Translations under genes and position numbers: made by a program | Notes under the pieces: model-generated | Told to the model about the DNA's origin: nothing | Seen by the model: the letters and a program-made list of their open reading frames with translations, nothing else | Databases searched by the model: none | In this document: in pieces, positions 50,804-62,982 of the stretch | How the letters are laid out: each line of letters opens with the position of its first letter | Numbering within the stretch: position 1 is the stretch's first letter | Assembly: GCA_965203515.1 (NCBI GenBank) | Contig: OZ241907.1 | Span: forward strand, 3,808,001 to 3,872,000 | Reading direction: 5' to 3' | DNA from: Spirochaetia bacterium | GTDB taxonomy: Bacteria; Spirochaetota; Spirochaetia; SZUA-6; Bin103 | DNA length: 64,000 bases

Positions 50804-52037
50804 GCTGCTGTGGGACCCGATGCCGGGCGGTTCCGGACTTCTGGAACGCCTCTGCGAACGATTCTCCGAAGTCGTTGCGGCCGCCCGCGCGGTCGCCGCC
50901 GATTGCCCGGCGGCGTGCAAGTCGTCGTGCATCGACTGCCTGCAGACGTTTCGCAACGCCTACTATCACCGCGACCTCGATCGCGCGGCGGCCTGCGACC
51001 GATTCGACGAGTGGGGCGCGCGGCTCGCGTTCGAGCACGCCATTCCGCCCCGGCAGCCGGTCGAGACACCGGGCGGGGACGCGCTGCCGGCCAACGAGGC
51101 GGAGAGCAGGCTGCGTCATCTGTTGCGCGCCGCGGGATTCGGCGAGGGCATTCGCGGTGAACAGCTTCGCTTGAGCCGCGCGTTGGGTTCGACCACGCCG
51201 GACGTGATCTACCGCGCCGACGACGATGAGCCGGACGAAGGCGTCTGCATCTATCTGGACGGGCTGAGCGCGCATCTCCACGGCAATCCCGAGACCGCGG
51301 CGCGCGACCGCGAAATCCGCGATTGGCTGCGCAACGGCGGGTTCGACGTGATCGAGATCGCCGCCCACGATCTGCACGACCGGGAGGCGATGACGCGCCA
51401 TTTTCGCCGGCTGGCGCAGTACCTGGGCATGCGCGCCGCCCGGCGCCGGCTGCGCGAAGACCCGTCGTGGTTCCACGGGCCGGAGCAGACGCCGGCGGCC
51501 GGCCCCGGTCCGTTGCGCCTGGTGTCGCCGACGCCGGCCAGCCGCTACGTGACCTGCGTGCCGCTGGTTCCGCTGCAAGCCGCGGCCGGCGCGTTCGGCG
51601 GCGCCGATACGATCGCGGACGAATCGGAACGAGAATGGGAATGGGTCGAGATCGACACCGGCCGTTCGCTGCGCCGCGGCATGTTCGCGGCGCGCGTCGA
51701 CGGCAAGTCGATGGAGCCGCGCATACCGGACGGCTCCTATTGCCTGTTCGCCGGCCCGGTGACCGGCACCCGCCAGGGACGCATCGTCCTCGCGCAACTG
51801 CTGAACGCCGTCGACCCGGACACCGGCCAGCGGTTCACCGTGAAGCGCTATCGGAGCGACAAGGCCGTCGACGAAGACGGCTGGCGCCACCTCGCCATCG
51901 TCCTGGAACCGCTCAATCCCGACTACGAGCCGCTCGAACTGGCCGCCGAGGACGAGAGCCCGGTCGCCGTGATCGCCGAACTGATCGAGGTGATCGGCAC
52001 CGAGGCGCCGGCCGACCGGCCCGACGGGGCGCGATAG
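50802..52037 (+). pseudogene. C-terminal part of the same helicase: DUF1998-like end + Vsr/DUF559-like nuclease + S24 peptidase-like domain
   Basis: LLWDPMPGGSG...CPAACKSSCIDCL; TPD...IYLDG...H...DREIRDWL...GFDVIEI; VPL...AAAG, GKSMEP, TVKRY. Confidence 0.75.
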
Positions 52038-52118
52038 ATCGCATCGGCGTCAGTAGCAGTGGCTAACTGCTCTACGTCGACGTCTCAAGAAACCGTTTCA
52101 GCGGTACATCCGCAACCG

Positions 52119-53915
52119 TCAATCACCGGCGGCGATTCGGTCCGGCGCCGGCACCGCTTGGCAGTGGACCAGTTCCCAGCCGTGGTACACCACCGCCAAG
52201 CCGGTGAAGCGGACCGACGGATATTGCCGCGCCAGCCGCTCGTCGGCCGCGTAGCGCCGTGCCTGCGCGGCCGCCTCGCGCGCCGCCTTCGCCACGTGCG
52301 ACTCGCTCGCTCGCTCCCTGCGCCGCAGGTACTTCAGTTCGATCACGTAGCCGTGCCGCATATCCGTGTAGCGCTGCAGGTGCGGCTCCAGACAGATGTC
52401 CGCGTAGCCGCCGCCCAGCTCCCGCTCGGTGTGGAATATGAAGTGATCGGTGGCGCTCAGGTAGGCGGCCAGGAATCCCTGAATCACCTTCTCGCCGTCC
52501 ATGTAGTCGCGGATGCCGCTTTGGCGGGCGATGGCCGCGCTCAGAAACTCCAGCACCGGCCGCCATGCGCCGCGGTACGCCATCTCGTGCAACAGGCGGC
52601 CGAATGCGTACAGGTCGACCGAGAAGACGTCCACGCTCCGGTAGCCGTCGCGCAGGTAGCCGTACATCAATCGCCGCACGGTCTGGTTGGGAATTCCCAG
52701 CCGCGGCGCTGCCTCGCGCACCTCGCGGATGCTCAGCAGCCCGAAGTAGTGCAGCAGCGACAGGAAGTTCTCGCGCTCGTGCAGTTGTTCCAGGGGAAAC
52801 CCGGTCCGGATATCGCTGTCCGCCCAGCCCTCGCCGATGATGCGGCGCAGCAGGTCGAAGTTGCCGTTCAACTGCCGGTCGACGGTGAGCAGATGGCGCA
52901 GCTTGCCGTAGTCGATGCGTACGTTGGTATCGATCAGATCGTCCGGCGGGCCGTCGTTCGGCATCGATTCCTTGAGGTAATAGAGCACCATGTCGGGGTT
53001 GTGGAGGTCGTTCGCCGCGCCCGCGGCGAAGCGGTAGCCGTTGTACCACTCGCCCATCACCGCCATCGCCTGGTCCACGTCCTGATCGAACGCGCCGTGC
53101 TGGCGGTACCCCTCCAGCACGGCGCGCACCTCGCCTTCGGTGAAGCCGAGCAGCTCGTTGAATGCTGGCTTCAGGCTGACGTTGGCGGCGATGTTGAAGC
53201 CGCTGGTCACGTCGTCCATGGTGATAGGGGAGACGCCGGTGACGAACAGGCGCTCGATGGCGCCGTGGCCGGCGCCGGCCTTGAGGGTGGCGAAGAAGTT
53301 GCGGTAGAAGCCGCCGCCGTGCGTGAAGGAGTGGTACGCCTCCGCGCCGCGGTACGCCAGTACGGTGTTGGCGAAGTTGTCGTACTCGTCGATCAGCACG
53401 TACAGCGAGATGCCGCGCTGCGCGGCGTATTTGAACAATTCGTTCAGCTTCCCGTCGATCGAGGGGTGGGAGAGGATGCGTTCGATCACCGGCTCCGGGA
53501 ACAGGTCGCCGTTACCTTCCAGCGCGTAGCGCAGCACGATGAGGCAATAGGTCTCGAACCGTTCGCGCAGAGTCTCCAGGGTGTCGTCGAACGCGGAGAA
53601 GTCGAAGCGCAGGATGACGTAGCGGTTGCGGTTCGGCGTCGGCCGGCGCCCGATGTCGGTGCCGGCGAACAGCGCCTCGAAGCGGCCGGCGCGGGTCCGG
53701 TCGTAGTAGCTCTCCAGCAGCGCCACCCAGCATGACTTGCCGAACCGGCGCGGGCGGATCAGAAACGCGTACCGCTCCTGCTCCAGGTCATGCAGGAAGC
53801 GGGTCTTGTCGACGTACAGCGTGCGCTCGCGGCGCATCGCCTCGAAGTCGGCCCAGCCGTAGGGGATCGGGGGATACCCGTCCCCGGCCGGCGAGTCCCG
53901 TTCCTCCGAACCCAT
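52119..53915 (-). CDS. AAA-ATPase-like + PDDEXK_9 (DUF1703-like) nuclease protein
   Basis: IPYG...YVDKT, RPRRFGKS, LIDEYD, TGVSP, WYNGY, ERE...GYAD...VIELKY. Confidence 0.88.
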   Translation of the reverse strand: MGSEERDSPAGDGYPPIPYGWADFEAMRRERTLYVDKTRFLHDLEQERYAFLIRPRRFGKSCWVALLESYYDRTRAGRFEALFAGTDIGRRPTPNRNRYVILRFDFSAFDDTLETLRERFETYCLIVLRYALEGNGDLFPEPVIERILSHPSIDGKLNELFKYAAQRGISLYVLIDEYDNFANTVLAYRGAEAYHSFTHGGGFYRNFFATLKAGAGHGAIERLFVTGVSPITMDDVTSGFNIAANVSLKPAFNELLGFTEGEVRAVLEGYRQHGAFDQDVDQAMAVMGEWYNGYRFAAGAANDLHNPDMVLYYLKESMPNDGPPDDLIDTNVRIDYGKLRHLLTVDRQLNGNFDLLRRIIGEGWADSDIRTGFPLEQLHERENFLSLLHYFGLLSIREVREAAPRLGIPNQTVRRLMYGYLRDGYRSVDVFSVDLYAFGRLLHEMAYRGAWRPVLEFLSAAIARQSGIRDYMDGEKVIQGFLAAYLSATDHFIFHTERELGGGYADICLEPHLQRYTDMRHGYVIELKYLRRRERASESHVAKAAREAAAQARRYAADERLARQYPSVRFTGLAVVYHGWELVHCQAVPAPDRIAAGD

Positions 53916-54029
53916 CGGTCGAGTATAGCCGTCCCGATGATCGGCGCTGCGGAGGGCGCGGCGCTCCTGCTCCGCGCGACGGTGGCCCGGTGTCATAGGC
54001 AGGCCGGATTTGCTACCCTGTGGCCACGG

Positions 54030-54560
54030 ATGGCGATTCGCATCGGAATCATCAACGTCTCGGACCGGGCCAGTGCCGGCGTGTATGAGGACACGCCCGG
54101 CAAGGCCGTGGCAGCGCTGCTCGAACGGTACCTGACCACCCCGTTCGAGCCGGTCTACCGGGTGCTGCCCGACGAGCAGGAGCAGCTCGAAGAGGCGATG
54201 CGCCGTATGGCCGACCGCGACGGCTGCTGTCTGATCGTCACCACCGGCGGCACCGGTCCGGCCGTTCGCGACGTCACGCCGGAGGCGACCGAGGCGGTGT
54301 GCCGCAAGATGCTGCCCGGATTCGGCGAGCTGATGCGCGCGGTGTCGCTGCGCTACGTGCCGACCGCGATCCTGTCGCGGCAGACCGCCGGCGTCCGCGG
54401 CAGCTCCCTGATCCTCAACCTGCCCGGCCGGCCGCGCGCCATCGAGCAGTGCCTGGAGGCGGTCTTCCCCGCGATTCCCTACTGCGTCGACCTGCTCGGC
54501 GGCCCGCGCCTGGAATGCGACCCGGCGGTGATCACCGCCTTCCGGCCGAAAGGGGCGTAG
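54030..54560 (+). CDS. mog: Molybdopterin adenylyltransferase
   Basis: VSDRASAGVYED, TTGGTGPAVRDVTPEAT, TAILSRQ, NLPG. Confidence 0.92.
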   Translation: MAIRIGIINVSDRASAGVYEDTPGKAVAALLERYLTTPFEPVYRVLPDEQEQLEEAMRRMADRDGCCLIVTTGGTGPAVRDVTPEATEAVCRKMLPGFGELMRAVSLRYVPTAILSRQTAGVRGSSLILNLPGRPRAIEQCLEAVFPAIPYCVDLLGGPRLECDPAVITAFRPKGA

Positions 54561-54586
54561 GGAGCGCGGCGGATGGACCTGCGCCG

Positions 54587-55627
54587 ATGGCCGTAGCCGC
54601 CCTGCCGGCGATCGCGGACGTGCGCGCGGCGGCCGACCGCATCCGCCCGCACGTGCACGTCACGCCGGTGATCACCTGCCGGTACTTCGACCGCGCGGTG
54701 GGCGCCGCCGTCTTCTTCAAGTGCGAGAACCTGCAGAAGGTCGGCGCGTTCAAGAGCCGCGGCGCCTGCAACGCCGTGTTCAGCCTGTCCGACGAGCGCG
54801 CGGCGGCCGGCGTGGCCACGCACTCGTCGGGCAACCATGGGCAGGCGGTCGCATTCGCCGCCGGGCTGCGCGGCATCCCCGCGACCGTGGTGATGCCGCG
54901 CGGCACCACGGAGATCAAGCGCCGCGCCGTGCAGGGCTATGGCGCCCGCACGGTGGAGAGCGGACCGACGCTGGCCGAGCGGGAAGGGATCACGCAGCGG
55001 ATCGCCGACGCCGAAGGCGCGCACGTGATCCACCCGTACGACGACGCCGACGTGGTGGCCGGGCAGGGGACCGCAGCGCTGGAGCTGCTGCGGCAGGCCG
55101 GGCCGCTGGACGCCCTGCTGGTGCCGGTCGGCGGCGGCGGCCTCGCCTCGGGCGCCGTGCTGGTGGCCGGTGCCGATCCGGCGTCTGACGCCGTGCGAGC
55201 GGCCGGTGTTGCGCGGGCGGCCGGAGATGGAGCCGCGGCGGCGCAGCCGACGCCGGTCGTGTACGCGGCGGAGCCGAAGCTGGCCGACGACGCCTACGAG
55301 TCGTTGCGCACCGGGGTGCGGCAGCCGGAACGGCCTCCCCGCACCGTGGCGGAAGGGCTGCGCACCAGTCTGGGCGACATCACCTTCGCGCTGGTCCGCG
55401 CCGGAGTCCGCGAGGTCCTCCTGGTCGACGAGCGGGAGATCGTCGCGGCCACGCTCGCCTTCATCACGCGCGCGAAGCTGCTGATCGAGCCGTCGGCCGG
55501 CGTCGCGGTCGCCGCGCTGCTGCGCTACCGCGAACGCTTCGCGGGCTCCCGCGTCGGCGTGATCCTGACCGGCGGCAACGTCGATCTGGCCGCCCTTGGC
55601 GCGCTCGCCGGGCGGATCGATGGCTGA
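54587..55627 (+). CDS. PLP-dependent serine/threonine dehydratase or racemase family
   Basis: FKCENLQKVGAFKSRG, SSGNHGQ, PVGGGGL, EPSAG, TGGN. Confidence 0.88.
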   Translation: MAVAALPAIADVRAAADRIRPHVHVTPVITCRYFDRAVGAAVFFKCENLQKVGAFKSRGACNAVFSLSDERAAAGVATHSSGNHGQAVAFAAGLRGIPATVVMPRGTTEIKRRAVQGYGARTVESGPTLAEREGITQRIADAEGAHVIHPYDDADVVAGQGTAALELLRQAGPLDALLVPVGGGGLASGAVLVAGADPASDAVRAAGVARAAGDGAAAAQPTPVVYAAEPKLADDAYESLRTGVRQPERPPRTVAEGLRTSLGDITFALVRAGVREVLLVDEREIVAATLAFITRAKLLIEPSAGVAVAALLRYRERFAGSRVGVILTGGNVDLAALGALAGRIDG

Positions 55628-58600
55628 GGCGGCGGTGGCGGTCCGGCCGCCGGCGGCGCCGCCCCCGCGCGAGGCGGTACAGGGAGTCGCCGACTTCCTG
55701 GCGGAACTGGCGGGCCGGGTGCGCGGCGAGCTGCGCACCGACACCTATACCCGCATCCTCTACAGCACCGACGCCAGCATCTATCAGGTGATGCCGCACG
55801 GCGTGCTGATCGCCCGTGACGAAGAGGACGTGCACGCCGCCGTAGAGGCGGCCGCCCGCCATCAGGTGCCGATCCTGCCGCGCGCGTCCGGCAGCAGCCT
55901 GGCCGGGCAGGCGGTCAACGAGGCGCTGGTCATCGACACCTCCCGGTTCCTGGACCGCGTGGTGGAGCTCGACGCGGAGGAGCGCCGGATCCGACTGCAA
56001 CCCGGCATCGTCCTCGATGCGCTCAACGGCTACCTGCGCCCGCATGGGCTGCAGTTCGGCCCCGACCCCGCCTCCAGCAACCGCGCGGCGATGGGCGGGA
56101 TCGTCGGCAACAACTCGACCGGCTCCCACTCGATCCGGTACGGCATGACCGCCGACCACGTGCTCGGCATGCAGGCGATCCTCAGCGACGGCACCCGCTG
56201 CCGGTTCGGGCCGCTGGACGCCGGCGGGCTGGCCGCGCACCAGGCCAAGCCGGGGCTGGAGGGCGAGCTCTACCGCCGCGTGGCCGCCATCGCCGCCGAC
56301 GGCCGCGGGGCGATCCTGGCCGGCACGCCGGCCCACTGGCGGCGCTGCGGCGGCTACAACCTGGACCGGTTCGTCGACGGCGCCAGCTTCAACTACCCGC
56401 AGGATCCCCGCTTCAATCTGGCCAAGCTGATCTGCGGGTCGGAGGGGACGCTGGCGGTGATGACCGAGCTGACCCTCAACCTGGTGCCGGTGCCTGCGCA
56501 CACCGCGCTGGCCGTGGTCCACTTCGACGAGCTGTTCGCGGCGCTGGCGTCGGTGCCCGCCATCCTGGAGACCGATCCGTCGGCGGTGGAGCTGCTCGAC
56601 AACCTGGGGCTGACGCTCGCCCGTCAGGTGCCGCAGTACGCGCGGTTGATGACCGGCTTCGTTTCCGGCACGCCGAACTGCGTGCTGATCACCGAGTACT
56701 CGGGCAGCGATCCGCGCGCGTTGCAGCGGCGGATCGACGCGCTGCAGGGCCACCTGCGCCGCCACCGCGTGCGCGCCACCGTGGTGCCGGCGCTCGACCC
56801 CGCGCTGCAGACCGACGTGTGGACGGTCCGCAAGGTCGGACTCGGCCTGATGATGAGCATCAAGGGCGACTACAAGCCGATCCCGTTCATCGAGGACGCC
56901 GCGGTGCCGGTCGAGCATCTGGCCGAGTACGTCACCGGCATCGAGCGGTTCTGCAACGACATCGGCACGCGCGTCGCCTATTACGCCCACGCCAGCGCCG
57001 GCTGCATCCACATCCGGCCGCTGATCAACGCCAAGATCGCCGCCGAGGTCGACAAGCTGCCGGTCATCTCCAGCTTCGCGCTGGAGCTGCTCGGCCGGTT
57101 CGGGGGCAGCCTGTCGAGCGAGCACGGCGACGGCCGCGCGCGCAGTTGGCAGAACGAGCGCTTCTTCGGGCCGGACCTGTACCGGCTCTACCGGCAGGTC
57201 AAGGGCGCCTTCGATCCCAGCGGCATCCTCAATCCCGGCAACGTGGTCGACGCGCCGCCCATGACCGGGATGCTGCGCTACGGCGCGGACTACCGCACGC
57301 AGCCGCACCGCGAGCGGCTCGCCTTCCGCAGCGACCACGGCTTCGCGCGCGCCGTGGAGATGTGCAACGGCGCCGGCATCTGCCGCAAGCGGACCGAGGG
57401 CACCATGTGTCCGAGCTTCATGGCCACGCGCGAAGAGGAGCACTCCACGCGCGGCCGGGCCAACGCGCTGCGCGCGGCGCTGTCGGGCGCGCTGCCGCAC
57501 GACGAACTGACCAGCCAGCGCATGTTCGACGTGATGGACCTCTGCATCGAGTGCAAGGCGTGCAAGGCCGAGTGTCCGTCCTCGGTCGACATGGCCAAGA
57601 TCAAGATCGAGTTCCTGGCCGCCTACTACGACCGCCACCGGTTGCCGCTCCGCGCCCGGCTGTTCGCCGACATCGGCCGCGCCAGCCGACTGCTGGCCGG
57701 GCCGCTCGCCGGCGCGGTCAATCGGGTGTTGGCGGCCCCGGCGGTGCGGCGGCTGCTGGAGCGGTTCGCGGGCATCAGCGCCCGGCGCGCCCTGCCGGCG
57801 TTCAGCGGCAGTCCGTTTCCCGCGTGGGCGCGCCGCCGCGGGTTGGACCGGCCGCCGTCCGAGCGCGCGGCGGCCGGTTCGGGCCGGCCGCTGGCGCTGT
57901 TCGTCGATACCTTCAACAGCTTCAACACGCCGGAGGTGGCGCGCGCCGCCGCCGAGGTGCTGGAGCGGGCCGGCTGGACGGTGACCGTGCCGGCCTATGG
58001 CTGCTGCGGGCGCCCGATGCTCTCCAAGGGACTGGTGCGGCGCGCCCGCGCGGCCGCCCGCGCCACCGTCGAACGGCTGGCGCCGCTGGCGCGCGCCGGC
58101 GTGCCGATCGTCGGACTGGAGCCGAGCTGCGTGTCGGCCATCCGCGACGAATACCCCTCGCTGCTGCCGGACGACCCGGACGCGGCCCTGCTCGCCGAGC
58201 GCGTGGAGACCTTCGAGGAGCTGGTGGCGCGGGCGCACGCGGACGGCGGCCTCGATCTCGACCCGGAGCGGACCGGCGGCGGCCGGCTGCTGTTGCACGG
58301 CCACTGCCATCAGAAAGCCCTGATCGGGACCGGACCGAGCCTGCGGGCGCTGCGCCTCACCGGCGCGGAGGTGACCGAGGTCGACTCCGGCTGCTGCGGC
58401 ATGGCCGGCTCCTTCGGCTATGAGGCCGAGCACTACGATCTGTCGATGACGATGGCCGAGCGGCGCCTGCTGCCGGCGGTGCGATCGCACGACGGCGGCG
58501 GCGCGGTGGTCGCGGCCGGCACGAGTTGCCGGCACCAGATCATGCACGGCGCCGGGCGCCGGGCGCTGCACCCCGCCCAGGTGCTGCGCGCCGCGCTACG

Positions 58601-58640
58601 CCCGACCGGCGGCCCCGACCACTCGAAACATGGAGACTGA
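55620..58640 (+). CDS. FAD-binding / Fe-S oxidoreductase (YdiJ-like 2-hydroxyacid dehydrogenase family)
   Basis: YSTDASIY, GSEGTL, EHGDG, CNGAGIC...CPS, CIECKACKAECP, CCG domains. Confidence 0.88.
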   Translation: MAEAAVAVRPPAAPPPREAVQGVADFLAELAGRVRGELRTDTYTRILYSTDASIYQVMPHGVLIARDEEDVHAAVEAAARHQVPILPRASGSSLAGQAVNEALVIDTSRFLDRVVELDAEERRIRLQPGIVLDALNGYLRPHGLQFGPDPASSNRAAMGGIVGNNSTGSHSIRYGMTADHVLGMQAILSDGTRCRFGPLDAGGLAAHQAKPGLEGELYRRVAAIAADGRGAILAGTPAHWRRCGGYNLDRFVDGASFNYPQDPRFNLAKLICGSEGTLAVMTELTLNLVPVPAHTALAVVHFDELFAALASVPAILETDPSAVELLDNLGLTLARQVPQYARLMTGFVSGTPNCVLITEYSGSDPRALQRRIDALQGHLRRHRVRATVVPALDPALQTDVWTVRKVGLGLMMSIKGDYKPIPFIEDAAVPVEHLAEYVTGIERFCNDIGTRVAYYAHASAGCIHIRPLINAKIAAEVDKLPVISSFALELLGRFGGSLSSEHGDGRARSWQNERFFGPDLYRLYRQVKGAFDPSGILNPGNVVDAPPMTGMLRYGADYRTQPHRERLAFRSDHGFARAVEMCNGAGICRKRTEGTMCPSFMATREEEHSTRGRANALRAALSGALPHDELTSQRMFDVMDLCIECKACKAECPSSVDMAKIKIEFLAAYYDRHRLPLRARLFADIGRASRLLAGPLAGAVNRVLAAPAVRRLLERFAGISARRALPAFSGSPFPAWARRRGLDRPPSERAAAGSGRPLALFVDTFNSFNTPEVARAAAEVLERAGWTVTVPAYGCCGRPMLSKGLVRRARAAARATVERLAPLARAGVPIVGLEPSCVSAIRDEYPSLLPDDPDAALLAERVETFEELVARAHADGGLDLDPERTGGGRLLLHGHCHQKALIGTGPSLRALRLTGAEVTEVDSGCCGMAGSFGYEAEHYDLSMTMAERRLLPAVRSHDGGGAVVAAGTSCRHQIMHGAGRRALHPAQVLRAALRPTGGPDHSKHGD

Positions 58641-58643
58641 CCG

Positions 58644-61373
<2,730 letters not shown>

Positions 61374-61431
61374 CCTTGCCGCCGGAGGAGCCGTTCGACC
61401 GGTACGGCGTCGGTCGCGTATGGTGAGCGGC

Positions 61432-62982
61432 GTGACCCGCACCTCCTCGCTCCCATCGACCTTGGGCCGGCTCAAGGCGGCCGGCTACCGCCACCGCTCG
61501 GTCAAGCAGGAGCTGCGCGCCAATCTGCTGGCGCGGCTGCGCTCCGGCGAACCGCTCTTCCCCGGCATCATCGGCTACGACAAGACGGTGCTGCCGGGGA
61601 TCGTCAACGCCATCCTGTCGCGGCATGACTTCATCCTGCTCGGCCTGCGCGGTCAGGCGAAGTCGCGCATCCTGCGCTCCCTGGCCGGCTTTCTGGACGA
61701 GCAGGTGCCGGTCATCGCCGGCAGCGACCTCAACGAGAGCCCGTTCGCGCCGATCCTGGCGGCGTCCCGGCAGCGCGCGCAGGAGCTCGGCGACGATCTG
61801 CCGATCGACTGGATGCATCGCGACGAGCGCTACCACGAGAAGCTCGCCACCCCCGACGTGACCGTGGCCGACCTGGTCGGCGACATCGACCCGATCAAGG
61901 CGGCCACCAGGCGGCTCTCCTACGCCGACGAGGGCGTCATCCACTACGGAATCATTCCGCGCACCAACCGCGGCATCTTCGCCATCAACGAGCTGCCCGA
62001 CCTGGCGCCCCGCATCCAGGTGGCGTTGCTCAACGTGCTGGAGGAGGAGGACATCCAGATACGCGGCTTCCCGGTCCGCATCCCGCTCGACGTACAGCTC
62101 GTCTTTTCCGCCAATCCCGAGGACTACACCAACCGCGGCAACATCATCACGCCGCTCAAGGACCGCATCGACTCGCAGATCATCACGCACTACCCGGACC
62201 GTCTCGATCACGCCATGGCGATCACGGCGCAGGAGGCGTGGACCGACCGCGACGGCGATTACGAGCTGCGCGTGCCGCGCTACTTCAAGGAGCTGATCGA
62301 GGAGGTGACCTTCGAGGCGCGCAAGAGCGAGTTCGTCGACCAGAAGTCCGGCGTGTCGGCGCGCATGCCGATCGCGCTGCTGGAGAACGTGCTCAGCAAC
62401 ATGGAGCGGCGCGCCTCCCACCTGCGCGAGCCGGTGATCTACCCGCGCCTGACCGATCTGCACACGGCGCTGACCGCCATGACCGGCAAGATGGAGCTGG
62501 TCTACGAAGGCGAGCAGGAAGGCCCGGTGCTGGTCGCCCGCAAGATCATCGGCCAGGCGGTCAAGCGTACCTTCCGCCGGTACCTGCCGACGCCGGACGT
62601 GCGTTCGCGCGATGGCGACGAGCGGCGGCGCGCGGGGCGCTCCCGGCAGGCGGAACGGTCCGAGCAGCCCGAACAGGACGAGACCGACACCGTCTACCAG
62701 CCGATCGTGAGCTGGTTTGCCGAGGGGCAGACCGTCGATACGTCCGACGAGCTGGCCACCGACGAGTACATTCGCCGCTTCGGACAGGTGGCGGGCCTGC
62801 GCGAGATGGCCGCCGAGCGCTTCCGGATCGTGGAGCCGCAGGAGCTGGGGCTGGGGATGGAGCTGGTGCTGGAGGGCCTGCACCAGCACTCCATGCTCTC
62901 CAAGCGCGACCTCGACAGCTCCACCTCCTACCGCGACATGCTCAAGGCGATGTTCGACCAGATGTCCCAGGACGACGGTTGA
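61432..62982 (+). CDS. ChlI/MoxR-like AAA+ ATPase
   Basis: GLRGQAKS, FAINELPDL, SANPEDY, PLKDR; start is 61420 or the leaderless GTG at 61432. Confidence 0.8.
   Translation: MTRTSSLPSTLGRLKAAGYRHRSVKQELRANLLARLRSGEPLFPGIIGYDKTVLPGIVNAILSRHDFILLGLRGQAKSRILRSLAGFLDEQVPVIAGSDLNESPFAPILAASRQRAQELGDDLPIDWMHRDERYHEKLATPDVTVADLVGDIDPIKAATRRLSYADEGVIHYGIIPRTNRGIFAINELPDLAPRIQVALLNVLEEEDIQIRGFPVRIPLDVQLVFSANPEDYTNRGNIITPLKDRIDSQIITHYPDRLDHAMAITAQEAWTDRDGDYELRVPRYFKELIEEVTFEARKSEFVDQKSGVSARMPIALLENVLSNMERRASHLREPVIYPRLTDLHTALTAMTGKMELVYEGEQEGPVLVARKIIGQAVKRTFRRYLPTPDVRSRDGDERRRAGRSRQAERSEQPEQDETDTVYQPIVSWFAEGQTVDTSDELATDEYIRRFGQVAGLREMAAERFRIVEPQELGLGMELVLEGLHQHSMLSKRDLDSSTSYRDMLKAMFDQMSQDDG

Noticed and set aside
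50790..50825. Programmed ribosomal frameshift joining the helicase halves
   Set aside because: There is no slippery heptamer, and motifs V/VI would still be missing after a shift.
40808..52037. Complete functional DISARM system
   Set aside because: No methyltransferase, stand-alone DrmB or DrmC, and both helicases lack essential motifs.
52038..52118. Terminator or small RNA between convergent genes
   Set aside because: Only a short stem (agcagt/actgct) without a U-tract; insufficient support.
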